Source: Candidatus Thorarchaeota archaeon (GTDB lineage Archaea > Asgardarchaeota > Thorarchaeia > Thorarchaeales > Thorarchaeaceae). From it: DNA of 64,000 nt. The DNA is taken from assembly GCA_016933575.1 (NCBI GenBank), contig JAFGAR010000081.1, positions 96,001-160,000 of the forward strand, in the 5' to 3' direction. The translations under genes were made by a program, and so were the position numbers. The notes beneath the pieces were generated by a model. That model saw nothing but the letters and a program-made list of their open reading frames with translations. It had not been told where the DNA came from and did no database searches. Below, piece by piece: positions 9,924 to 18,816 of this stretch. Within the stretch, counting starts at the first letter, position 1. Each line of letters begins with the position of its first letter.

Positions 9924-10854
9924 TATACTTCAAATAATTCTCGAGAGTCCCTTTCTTCAAAGGGCTTTGATCGGAGCTCTCTTGGTAGCGATAATTGCTG
10001 CAGCAAGTGGAACCTTCCTTGTATTTCGAGGACTCTCATTCATGGCTTCAGGAGTAGCTCATGCAGCACTTGGTGGGACAGCTCTTGGAATCTTTCTTCA
10101 AGACTCAGGTCTTGTTCCTTGGTTTGATCCAGTTCTAGGAGCATTACTATTCAGTGTACTTGTAGCTGTCTTTACCGGTTATGCTGGCGAATCTGGAATC
10201 ACACAAAAAATGGAAGTTGCTGTGGGTGTATCTTTTGCCCTATCGATGAGTATTGCTGTGTTCCTCATGTACTACATTCCTCCATACAGAGTTCCTCAAA
10301 TCTGGGGTTATCTCGTTGGAGACATTCTTCTGTTGAATAATTTTGATATCATCCTGTTGGGTTGCACGACTATTCTACTTGCTGCAATTACGCTAATGTT
10401 CAACAAAGAATTCGTCTATGTGAGTGTTGATATGGAAGGCTCAACCGCTCACGGGATGAATGCTCGTGCCTATCATTATCTAATGCTCATTATTTCTTCC
10501 TTGGCGATTGCACTTGCAACAAAGGCTGTAGGGGCAATCTTAGTCTATGCAATTATGGTAGCTCCTGCAGCAGCATCGAACGAATTAGTGAAGTCCATAC
10601 GAGGTGTAATCATATCTGTGTTCTTGATAGCACTGATATCCGAATTGATTGGTATCACAACATCGTTCGTCTTGCTTGTATCCCCTAGTGCAATTGCAGG
10701 AATTCTAGCCGCCCTATCTTACATACTGGCACTACAGATAAAGCGTATCCGAGAACGAGTCCATGTGTCAATCGATGATTTTAGTTCTGAAACGATGGAA
10801 ATAGATCTACCCATAATAACCTCTATTGATGATGCACACGATCATGAACATTGA
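9916..10854 (+). CDS. Metal ABC transporter permease (ZnuB-like) with His-rich tail
   Basis: FLQRAL, AHAALGG, YLVGDIL, VGAILV..PAA; C-terminal HDHEH. Confidence 0.9.
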   Translation: MIDILQIILESPFLQRALIGALLVAIIAAASGTFLVFRGLSFMASGVAHAALGGTALGIFLQDSGLVPWFDPVLGALLFSVLVAVFTGYAGESGITQKMEVAVGVSFALSMSIAVFLMYYIPPYRVPQIWGYLVGDILLLNNFDIILLGCTTILLAAITLMFNKEFVYVSVDMEGSTAHGMNARAYHYLMLIISSLAIALATKAVGAILVYAIMVAPAAASNELVKSIRGVIISVFLIALISELIGITTSFVLLVSPSAIAGILAALSYILALQIKRIRERVHVSIDDFSSETMEIDLPIITSIDDAHDHEH

Positions 10855-10994
10855 ATGAAGTGCAGTGGGAACTCCTCGATTACTGCATTGAGGAACAGAA
10901 TAGGTGGCGTGTATCTGTTGGACGACATTGAATCTGTCGGTATGTTTAAGAGTGAAACATAAAACCTCGATTTCTAAGGTCGGTGTGAACAACA

Positions 10995-11393
10995 GTGAGC
11001 GATGATACCCCCGAAAGAAACGAAATGGTACGCTCAACAGTGATTACAATAATATTCACAGTTGCATTCTTAATCTTGGGATTGACATTTTGGGCCTGGT
11101 CTTCACCAGATATCATTGAAACGAGTCCAATTGGTATCCTAAACAGTATGAATCTTTACGTCACCGTCCTTCTAGAATCTCTTACAATGCTAGGATTCTT
11201 CATTTTTCTCTCTGTTACAGTCTTCAATCTGCGTCTTTACGTGACTCAGATTCGGTCTGGTTGGTTTGACCTCTTAGCAATCTTCATTCTAGTCGTAGCT
11301 ATGGCTTGGATTATGTTTGGTACTGCAGTAGGCGCTGTCACTGCAATCCTCTCTCTTGGATTTACAGTCTATCTATACCTCTTGCAGGAATAG
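10995..11393 (+). CDS. Hypothetical membrane protein (3-4 TM)
   Basis: Hydrophobic ORF with GTG start; no family recognised. Confidence 0.65.
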   Translation: MSDDTPERNEMVRSTVITIIFTVAFLILGLTFWAWSSPDIIETSPIGILNSMNLYVTVLLESLTMLGFFIFLSVTVFNLRLYVTQIRSGWFDLLAIFILVVAMAWIMFGTAVGAVTAILSLGFTVYLYLLQE

Positions 11394-11460
11394 TCTAAGA
11401 GTAATCCTACTAATACCAAGCATGTGATGGTCAATTCACGACGCACCAGAAGCTTTATGT

Positions 11461-11580
11461 GGCTAGGTCTGGAATTTGCAGTTAGCCTAGAGGCAGACCA
11501 GCCTAAGGCTGCAGTAATGGAGTCTTTCAACTCCTCGGAATTGTCAGGCAGTGCCCACGAGTGGGTTCTGGCTTCCGGAG
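11461..11580 (+). promoter_or_regulatory. Candidate structured 5' leader upstream of psmA
   Basis: Several nested GC-rich stems (see findings), a TTTAT box just upstream, and GGAGG SD before the ATG at 11611. Confidence 0.35.
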
Positions 11581-11610
11581 AGTTCTAATGATATCCTGGA
11601 GGAATAAGTT

Positions 11611-12345
11611 ATGTTTGGAATCTCGGGTGCAGGGTACGATATGAGTACTAGCATCTTCAGCCCAGATGGACGAATCTTTGCCGCTGAATATGCAAAGAAA
11701 GCAGTAGAGCAAGGCGCAACATCAATCGGTGTTCTTGTCAACGAAGGAGTTGTTCTCCTGACCGAGAAAAGATTGGAGGCTCTTCAAGAACCTGACAGCG
11801 TTGAGAAAATCTCTAAGATTGATGAACACATTGGAACTGCTACATCTGGTCTTATGGCTGACGCTCGAAAGCTTGTCTATGAAGCTAGGATAAAGGCACA
11901 GTCATACTGGCTCACATATGAGGAACCTGTTCCAGCTGAGGCTGTAGCAGAGCATATCTGCAATAAGAAAGCAGAGTTCACTCAAGGTGGCGGTGCGAGA
12001 CCCTATGGTGTAGCTATGATCATCGGATCTATTGATTTCGATGGTTCACCAAGACTCTTTGTAACTGACCCTGTTGGTACATATTGGGGTTTCCTTGCTG
12101 CAGTAATTGGAAAAGGCACATCGAAGGCTGGAGAATATCTCGAGAAGAACTATTCACGAGAAAAATCGCTATCGGAAGCAGTGAAATTAGCTCTCGGTGC
12201 ATTACGTGAAACAAGTGAGCGAGACCTCACCGCAGATATAGTTGAGATTGCTAGGATTCCATTGAGCACACGCAAGTTTGAGAAGCTCTCCAATGCAGAA
12301 ATTGAGAAGTTTCTTAATCCAACCAAACCTGTAAAGAAGGAGTAG
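11611..12345 (+). CDS. psmA: Proteasome subunit alpha
   Basis: GYD...FSPDGR...EYA, GATSIG, EKISKID.HIG, SGLMADAR, RPYGV. Confidence 0.97.
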   Translation: MFGISGAGYDMSTSIFSPDGRIFAAEYAKKAVEQGATSIGVLVNEGVVLLTEKRLEALQEPDSVEKISKIDEHIGTATSGLMADARKLVYEARIKAQSYWLTYEEPVPAEAVAEHICNKKAEFTQGGGARPYGVAMIIGSIDFDGSPRLFVTDPVGTYWGFLAAVIGKGTSKAGEYLEKNYSREKSLSEAVKLALGALRETSERDLTADIVEIARIPLSTRKFEKLSNAEIEKFLNPTKPVKKE

Positions 12346-12362
12346 GAGTTGACCAAAATTTG

Positions 12363-13091
12363 ATGGGTGGAGGTTCAGGTAGAAAATCCGGTGATACATG
12401 GATTGACATTGATGCAGTTGTAGTAGGTATAAAAAAGGGTCATCTCAGATTTGAGTTATTTGTTGATCCAGATTTAGCCTTCAGATACAGACGCGGCGAG
12501 AATATTCCTCTTGAGGATATACTCAAGTCTTATGATATCTACGAAGATGCAAAGAGAGGCGAACATGCGACTGATAGTTTGGTTAAAGATGCATTTGGCT
12601 CTGATGAAATCTTTGATATTGCACCTGAAATCATCAAGCAAGGAGAATTCAAACTCACCCATGAGCAACGCGTTCAACTAGTCGAAGAGAAGATCGAAGC
12701 AATTATCGATAATCTATCGAAGCGTGCAATGAATCCTCAGACTGGTCATCCCCATCCCCCTGACCGAATCCGTCAGGCGATGGAAGAGGCTAAAGTTCGA
12801 ATCGACCCATTCATTGGAATCGATGAACAGATTCCAAGTGTAGTAAAAGCTCTAAGAGTCATAATTCCAATATCCTTTGAAAGCGTAAAACTACAGATTA
12901 CCATACCTGCAGCTTATTCAGGTAAAGGATACAACATGGTTTCAACAACAAGTGTAATCAAATCAGAAATTTGGAATCCTGATGGTTCTTGGACAGGTCT
13001 AGTCGAAATACCAGCTCAAAAGAGACAAGAGCTTTACGATGAGCTAAACAAGCTAACAAAGGGTCAGATTCGGATAGAGGTAGTCAGATAG
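12363..13091 (+). CDS. sdo1: Ribosome maturation factor SBDS/Sdo1
   Basis: RFELFVDP, NPQTGHPHPPDRIRQAMEE; canonical position between psmA and rrp4. Confidence 0.95.
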   Translation: MGGGSGRKSGDTWIDIDAVVVGIKKGHLRFELFVDPDLAFRYRRGENIPLEDILKSYDIYEDAKRGEHATDSLVKDAFGSDEIFDIAPEIIKQGEFKLTHEQRVQLVEEKIEAIIDNLSKRAMNPQTGHPHPPDRIRQAMEEAKVRIDPFIGIDEQIPSVVKALRVIIPISFESVKLQITIPAAYSGKGYNMVSTTSVIKSEIWNPDGSWTGLVEIPAQKRQELYDELNKLTKGQIRIEVVR

Positions 13092-13149
13092 TTGAATCCT
13101 ACGACAAAGGATAATGAAGATGAAATTAGATTACAGAGGGAATAGATAA

Positions 13150-14019
13150 TTGGCAGTATACTTTCAAAAACGAGAGGTCGTAGTTCCCGGGCAGCTCCTT
13201 GCAGAAGGTAGGTACCGGGCATCCTATGGCACATTTGATGATGGTGGAAAAATTTACTCCACCCTCGTGGGTCTAGCCGAGCTCAGAGGCAATACGGTTA
13301 AAGTTGTTGCACTTGAAGGAGTCTACATACCCAAAGAAGGCGACTTGGTCATTGGTATTATAACAGCTGTAGCTGGAAATAACTGGAAGGTCAGCATTGG
13401 CGGCCCATATGGTGCATCTCTTCACGCAAATAACGCGCTCCGAAGACCATACTCAGATGATATCTCAGAGTACATGGATCTTGGTGATGTTATTGCGGCA
13501 GAGGTTATTGCATTTGATCGTCAGACAGGACCATTCCTATCAATGAAAGGTAGAGGTCTTAGAGTATTGGAACGCGGAATGTTGTTGGATGTTAGTCCTG
13601 CAAAGATACCTCGAATCATTGGTAGGAGAGGATCTATGATTAACATGATCACAGACCACTTGAAAATACAGACAGTCGTCGGACAGAATGGTCGTATATG
13701 GATTAAAGCAACTGATATTGCATCTCTACGACTGGCGATTAAAGCATTCAAGACAATTGAAGCACAAGCGCATACCTCCAATCTGACAGAGCGAATAAAT
13801 CGAATGCTATCAGAGGAGCTTGCAGAAATACGTGAATCCACACCTCTAGAACCTGATGAAATAGATATGGAGAACGAGGTTGTGGAAGAAGAAACAGATG
13901 AATTGGAACCAGAGCCAGATGTGGATGAATCTATGGAAATCGAAATCATAGAAGAGGCTTCGGTTGATGATGATGAAGAAATTGATGATATTGATGAAAT
14001 GGAGGAAGTGAACGAATAA
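13150..14019 (+). CDS. rrp4: Exosome RNA-binding cap subunit Rrp4 (S1+KH) with acidic C-terminal tail
   Basis: VVPGQLL, YIPKEGDLVIG, PRIIGRRGSM, VGQNGRIWI. Confidence 0.95.
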   Translation: MAVYFQKREVVVPGQLLAEGRYRASYGTFDDGGKIYSTLVGLAELRGNTVKVVALEGVYIPKEGDLVIGIITAVAGNNWKVSIGGPYGASLHANNALRRPYSDDISEYMDLGDVIAAEVIAFDRQTGPFLSMKGRGLRVLERGMLLDVSPAKIPRIIGRRGSMINMITDHLKIQTVVGQNGRIWIKATDIASLRLAIKAFKTIEAQAHTSNLTERINRMLSEELAEIRESTPLEPDEIDMENEVVEEETDELEPEPDVDESMEIEIIEEASVDDDEEIDDIDEMEEVNE

Positions 14020-14834
14020 TGAGTCCAGAAACAAAGCCCGATTTCTTGATTAGTCCGGAGGGCTTACGAGTTGATGGTCGAAGACCTGATGAGTTGCGAC
14101 CTGTAGAGCTGAAAGTTGGTGTACTGAAACAAGCTGATGGTTCTGCATCAATTAGACAGGGAAAGACCTACATAATTGCAGGAGTCTATGGCCCGAGAGA
14201 GTTACATCCAAGACACCTAACCATGAATGATAGAGCATATCTTAGAGTAGTATACAGAATGGCTACATTCTCAGTTCCTGATAGAAAGAGACCAGCTCCC
14301 TCTCGAAGAGAAAAGGAGATTTCTATGGTCATAGCCAATGCGCTCATGCCAGCTCTCTTTCTTGAAGAATTTCCCCGAGCAGTAGTTGATGTGTTTATCC
14401 AAGTAATCCAAGCTGACGGTGGGACTCGATGTGCTGCGATCAATGCTGCATCATTGGCTCTTGCCGATGCAGGAATTCCAATGCGAAGTCTTGTTCCAGC
14501 AGTTGCTGTCGGAAAAGCAGATGGAGTCCTTGTAGTAGACTTGGGCGATGAAGAGGATAAGTATGGCCAAGGTGATGTACCCATGGCGATTATTCCCGCA
14601 ACTGAGGAAATTACCCTCCTTCAGCAGGATGGTTTCTTTTCTCGTGAGGAACTCATGGAAGCTATACAGATGGGAATCAGCTCCTGTAAATATCTTCACG
14701 AACTCCAGAAGGATGCTCTGAAGAAGGCCTATGTCAAGAAAGGTCCAGATGATGAGGATGACATGGATGATGATGAATTTGATGACGACCTCGAAACCGA
14801 TCTTGGTGAGGCAGATATAATGGAGGATGAATAA
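14019..14834 (+). CDS. rrp41: Exosome catalytic subunit Rrp41 (RNase PH) with acidic tail
   Basis: RVDGRRPDELRP, ADGSA, GPRELHP, QADGGTRCA, DEED. Confidence 0.96.
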   Translation: MSPETKPDFLISPEGLRVDGRRPDELRPVELKVGVLKQADGSASIRQGKTYIIAGVYGPRELHPRHLTMNDRAYLRVVYRMATFSVPDRKRPAPSRREKEISMVIANALMPALFLEEFPRAVVDVFIQVIQADGGTRCAAINAASLALADAGIPMRSLVPAVAVGKADGVLVVDLGDEEDKYGQGDVPMAIIPATEEITLLQQDGFFSREELMEAIQMGISSCKYLHELQKDALKKAYVKKGPDDEDDMDDDEFDDDLETDLGEADIMEDE

Positions 14835-15663
14835 AGTGGGTGACTTTTCTTCAGAAACAATTAGTCGAATTGACCGCGAGTTTATTGCCGATCTTCTTAA
14901 CAAAGGCAATCGAATTGATGGTCGTGCATTCGATGAATACCGCCCAATTGAGATTGAAGCGAATGTGGTTCCCGCAAAGGCGGAGGGCTCTGCTCTCGTA
15001 CGACTTGGCGATACAAGTGTGGTAGCTGGAGTCAAGGTCCTCGTTGGAGAACCTTACCCTGATTCACCAGATGAAGGAGTCACTATGGTGGCTGCAGAGA
15101 TGTCCCCCATAGCGTCACCGCTCTTTGAATTGGGTCCTCCTAAAGAGGATGCTATCGAGCTTGCTAGAATAGTAGACAGAGGAGTTCGTGAATCTGAAAC
15201 TATTGATAACAAGCAATTATGCATTGTTGAGGGCAAAAAGGTCTACATGGTCTTCGCTGATGTATATCCTCTCGAATACGATGGTAACTTGATTGATGCA
15301 TCATCTATTGCAGTGAATGTTGCGCTTATGACAACAAAATATCCAGAGATGGTTGTAGAAGAGAAAGAACTTGTGCCCTCCGGCAAAGTACTCAATCTCC
15401 CAATCAAGAATATTGCAGTTGAACACACTATTTCAAAGATAGGTGAACATCTAATCGTAGACCCAATTCTCAAGGAAGAATTTGTCCAAGATTGCAGGTT
15501 GACAATGGCAGTTGATCAGAATAACAACTTTACAGCCCTACAGAAAGGCGGTGCAGCTGGACCTATGTCTGTCGATCTTATCGATCAAGCTATGGGACTG
15601 GCTCTTGACAAATCCAAAGAAATCCGTGATATTATCAACGAAGCTGTAAAAGCTGTGCAATAG
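14827..15663 (+). CDS. rrp42: Exosome subunit Rrp42
   Basis: RIDGRAFDEYR, AEGSALVRLG.T, GPP.E.AIELARIVDRGVRES, DGNLIDA. Confidence 0.96.
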   Translation: MNKVGDFSSETISRIDREFIADLLNKGNRIDGRAFDEYRPIEIEANVVPAKAEGSALVRLGDTSVVAGVKVLVGEPYPDSPDEGVTMVAAEMSPIASPLFELGPPKEDAIELARIVDRGVRESETIDNKQLCIVEGKKVYMVFADVYPLEYDGNLIDASSIAVNVALMTTKYPEMVVEEKELVPSGKVLNLPIKNIAVEHTISKIGEHLIVDPILKEEFVQDCRLTMAVDQNNNFTALQKGGAAGPMSVDLIDQAMGLALDKSKEIRDIINEAVKAVQ

Positions 15664-15672
15664 ACTGAAATT

Positions 15673-15706
15673 GTGCTCCAGGTCTTTCTGTGAGCACTTT
15701 TTCTCT
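15673..15706 (+). terminator. Hairpin plus pyrimidine tract after rrp42
   Basis: GTGCTC(15673-78)...GAGCAC(15692-97) followed by TTTTTCTCT. Confidence 0.5.
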
Positions 15707-15809
15707 AGAAACAGATAGGTATGCTAATAAGCAAAACTTACGGGCGACTGATAGGCTCCAACAGCCATCAATCGCACTGTGTGTGAATAATAACTAGGAG
15801 AATACTAAA

Positions 15810-16211
15810 TTGGCAGGAACCAAAAAGGTTGGTAGTACAGGAAGATTCGGAGCAAGATATGGTGCCAAATTACGACGTCGTGTCTTGGATATAGAGAAGA
15901 AGACAAGTGAGCCCGTTCGATGTCCTGCCTGTGCAACAAGAGCATTAAAGAGAAAAGCTGTTGGACTTTGGAAGTGCACCAAGTGTGACCTTCTCTTTGC
16001 AGGTGGTGCATACGTACCATTCACAGATGCAGGCAAGGCCGCCAAGCGTGCAATTACTCAGAGAGTTACGGGAGACTTTCTCGCTCTTCGTGATGATGAA
16101 GACATTGAAGACGTTCTTGAATTCCTTCCGAATGTTGACAAGGATGAAGAGATCGTACTTGATGCTAAGACAGTTTCCACTTCTGATACAGAGGACCTCT
16201 CTGATGAGTAG
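15810..16211 (+). CDS. rpl37ae: 50S ribosomal protein L37Ae (eL43) with acidic C-terminal extension
   Basis: GRFGARYG, CPAC...WKCTKC zinc finger, FAGGAY. Confidence 0.96.
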   Translation: MAGTKKVGSTGRFGARYGAKLRRRVLDIEKKTSEPVRCPACATRALKRKAVGLWKCTKCDLLFAGGAYVPFTDAGKAAKRAITQRVTGDFLALRDDEDIEDVLEFLPNVDKDEEIVLDAKTVSTSDTEDLSDE

Positions 16212-16228
16212 TTCAGAGCCGAATTGAC

Positions 16229-16801
16229 TTGCCGAGTCTATTGCTTACAACTTCGCGGAAGACATCTAACAGAGTCCGTTCTTTTTTGCGTGACTTATCT
16301 TCAGTCCTTCCAGGAACTGAACGATTCAATCGTGGTGGAATGGGTCTTCAAGAATTAGTTGCTCGAATTAATCAATCTGGAGCTCAAGGGGCACTTGTAA
16401 TATCAATATGGAGAGGGAATCCAGGAGAACTTACCTTTATCTCTCCTACTGGGTCGGAGATGCTAAAACTTCGCCTCGATACTGTCCTTCTTAGACGCGA
16501 GGTGAATGCGAATGGCTCTGCAAGAATTGGTAGAGCTGAGTTCGTAGCAGTACCAACAATGAGCAGTGAAAGAGTAAAGATACTTGCTACAGATATTGCG
16601 ACATTACTCAACATCAATATTCAAGAACATCAGAGCGCTACTGAATTGGTTGGAGCTAATGACCAAAGTTGTATCTGGTTTGAAGATACTCCCTCTGGGA
16701 AACTACTTTGGACCCATTACGATATTAATAATCAGATAGAGATTGGTCCAAGAATTCGTATTAGCACTGTCTGGAGGAAATTTGGAAATGAGTCTGAGTG
16801 A
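16229..16801 (+). CDS. Brix/Imp4-domain ribosome biogenesis protein
   Basis: LLTTSRKTSNRVRSF, RFNRG, GNPG, IGPRIR; canonical superoperon position. Confidence 0.88.
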   Translation: MPSLLLTTSRKTSNRVRSFLRDLSSVLPGTERFNRGGMGLQELVARINQSGAQGALVISIWRGNPGELTFISPTGSEMLKLRLDTVLLRREVNANGSARIGRAEFVAVPTMSSERVKILATDIATLLNINIQEHQSATELVGANDQSCIWFEDTPSGKLLWTHYDINNQIEIGPRIRISTVWRKFGNESE

Positions 16802-17072
16802 AGTAAAAGGAAGAACGGTACTTGAGATTCCTCTTGAATCAAACCAGGTGGCTAAGATTCTATATTCTGCTTTGGTACCAGAAACAGAGTCCATCCCCTC
16901 AGACCGTGCGACTACTATGGTCTCTGTGAAGGGCAAATCATTACTTATCGAAATTGAAGCTAGTGATTTAACTGCCATGCGGGCAGCCATTAATTCTTAC
17001 ATTGCTTGGATCTCTGCATGTATGCGAACAATCAAGTCTATAGACGAGAAGAGGCTTGATGCAAAGCCTTAA
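16788..17072 (+). CDS. pcc1: KEOPS complex subunit Pcc1
   Basis: ALVPE...IEASDLTAMRAAINSYIAW; start at ATG 16788. Confidence 0.9.
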   Translation: MSLSEVKGRTVLEIPLESNQVAKILYSALVPETESIPSDRATTMVSVKGKSLLIEIEASDLTAMRAAINSYIAWISACMRTIKSIDEKRLDAKP

Positions 17073-17134
17073 GTCACAAGTCCTAACGCGCAAATTGAAA
17101 CGGCGCTTTTGTCGATTTTGGGAGAGAAATAGTT

Positions 17135-17497
17135 ATGGCTCAGAAAATACCCCCTGCATTGGAAGCAGAACTTCAAAAGTTTGACACCATGCGTAGAAAC
17201 CACGAGACCCTCACTACAATGTCGCAAGCACTTCAGACTGAATTGACTGAGGTGAAGGGGACATTGGATGAACTTGTTAAACAACCCGATGATGTTGTGG
17301 TCTACAAGTCAGTTGGTCAGGTCATGTTCAAAGCAGAGAAACCTGCTCTAGTAGAAGAGCTTGATGACCGCCAAAAAACCCTTGAGATGCGCTTGGCATC
17401 CACAAAGAAACAGCTTGAAAGCTTAACCGAGAAGCTTCAAGAGCTGCAGAACAAGATCCAAATTGAACTATCCAAGCAGAACTTACGTCTCCAGTGA
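17135..17497 (+). CDS. pfdB: Prefoldin subunit beta
   Basis: Coiled coil - VYKSVGQVM hairpin - coiled coil. Confidence 0.92.
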   Translation: MAQKIPPALEAELQKFDTMRRNHETLTTMSQALQTELTEVKGTLDELVKQPDDVVVYKSVGQVMFKAEKPALVEELDDRQKTLEMRLASTKKQLESLTEKLQELQNKIQIELSKQNLRLQ

Positions 17498-17805
17498 ATG
17501 AGATGACAAGAATTACTGATATCGGGCTTCCAGATATCTCAGAGGAAGAAATCGAACAGCTAGCGGAAGAGTGTGAAGTTCAGATTACTAAATATCTTGT
17601 TAATAAGATACCAGAGAAAAGTATTGAGAATCTGTTCATCAACTGTACCCTTAGCCTACTTGATAATCAATTGGATGTTGATGTCGATATTGAGATTGAT
17701 CAGACATTCGACACTGGACAATCTCTTAAAGACCTCCTTCAGGAAGCAACTGATTGTGGCATAGAGTGGCTTGAGAATCAGTTGATGGAGATGAAGAAGA
17801 AATGA
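17494..17805 (+). CDS. Conserved archaeal protein (DUF3194-like)
   Basis: Small acidic protein in the position after pfdB usually occupied by DUF3194; LDVDVDIEI strand. Confidence 0.6.
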   Translation: MNEMTRITDIGLPDISEEEIEQLAEECEVQITKYLVNKIPEKSIENLFINCTLSLLDNQLDVDVDIEIDQTFDTGQSLKDLLQEATDCGIEWLENQLMEMKKK

Positions 17806-18803
17806 ATCTGAGGTCTCTTCTTTCCGAATCAAAAAGCCCTCTAATACTTGGTCATCAAAATGCTGATCCTGATGCGGTATGCTCGATGATTGCTTTCTCG
17901 AAATTATTCAAATTTATCAATCCGGATGGAAATCCTATACTGATGGCTGATGATCTCAGTCGACTATCTCAACAGGTTATCGAGTCCTTCGCTCCAGATT
18001 CTCACATACTTGAACCATCTATTGTAGATTATGATTTAGCAGTCCTTATGGACACAAATAGTAGATTCCAGCTTGGTCTCATCTATCAAGAGTTCCTTCA
18101 AAATCCGGATAGAACTGTGGTAATTGATCATCATGAGTACAATCCAGAAACTGAAACACTTTCAAAGCACCTCTTTGTAAGAACCGATCGTTACTCAACG
18201 TGTGAGATGATGGTCCCTATCTTTGAGGAACTAGAAGCGCCGCTTGATCCTATGATTGCCAATCTCCTTCTTACTGGAATGATATTTGATACAAGACGGT
18301 TCTTTTTTGCAGACCTGAATACACTTCAGACTGTAACCAAGCTCATCGAGTCTGGAGCAGACTACGAAAGGTGTGTGAGGTCTCTGCAAGTACGACCTGA
18401 CCGCTCAGAGCGAATTGCTCGGCTAAAAGCAGCTGGAAGGGTACGTGTATTTCTTATTGGCTATTGGATCATTGCTGTTTCGAAGATTAGGTCCTTTGAA
18501 GCTAGCGTCTGTCGGGGACTAATTGACATGGGTGCAGATGTAGCAATAGTTGGGGGGAAGCCATCTAAATCTGCAATCAGAATCAGTTCTCGAAGCACTA
18601 GAGAATTCTCTGAAAAGACCAAAATCAGCCTAGGCAAAGATGTCATGGAACCTCTTGGCAGTCTGATTGAAGGCGAGGGTGGAGGACATGTCAATGCTGC
18701 TGGAGCTAATGGGAAGAAGAATCTTGATGAAGCCATATCAAAATCAGTTGAATTGATAAGACATCTAGTTGAGAATATATCCTCATCCTCTATCGAATCC
18801 TAG
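17802..18803 (+). CDS. DHH/DHHA1 family phosphoesterase
   Basis: GHQNADPDA, MDT, IDHH, GGGHVNAAG. Confidence 0.92.
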   Translation: MNLRSLLSESKSPLILGHQNADPDAVCSMIAFSKLFKFINPDGNPILMADDLSRLSQQVIESFAPDSHILEPSIVDYDLAVLMDTNSRFQLGLIYQEFLQNPDRTVVIDHHEYNPETETLSKHLFVRTDRYSTCEMMVPIFEELEAPLDPMIANLLLTGMIFDTRRFFFADLNTLQTVTKLIESGADYERCVRSLQVRPDRSERIARLKAAGRVRVFLIGYWIIAVSKIRSFEASVCRGLIDMGADVAIVGGKPSKSAIRISSRSTREFSEKTKISLGKDVMEPLGSLIEGEGGGHVNAAGANGKKNLDEAISKSVELIRHLVENISSSSIES

Positions 18804-18816
18804 GAGTATTCTTACG

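Noticed and set aside
11394-11610. RNase P RNA or SRP RNA assignment for the structured region
   Set aside because: Too short and lacks the GAGGAAAGUCC-type or SRP helix-8 signatures; kept only as a candidate leader.
14748-14790. GAT-rich quasi-microsatellite
   Set aside because: Explained by the Asp-rich coding tail of Rrp41.
14451-15035. 194-aa antisense ORF
   Set aside because: Shadow of rrp41/rrp42; its I/F/H-rich part is just the complement of acidic GAT/GAA codons.
15961-16227. Possible rpoP hidden in an alternative frame of rpl37ae
   Set aside because: The translation has no CxxC zinc ribbon.
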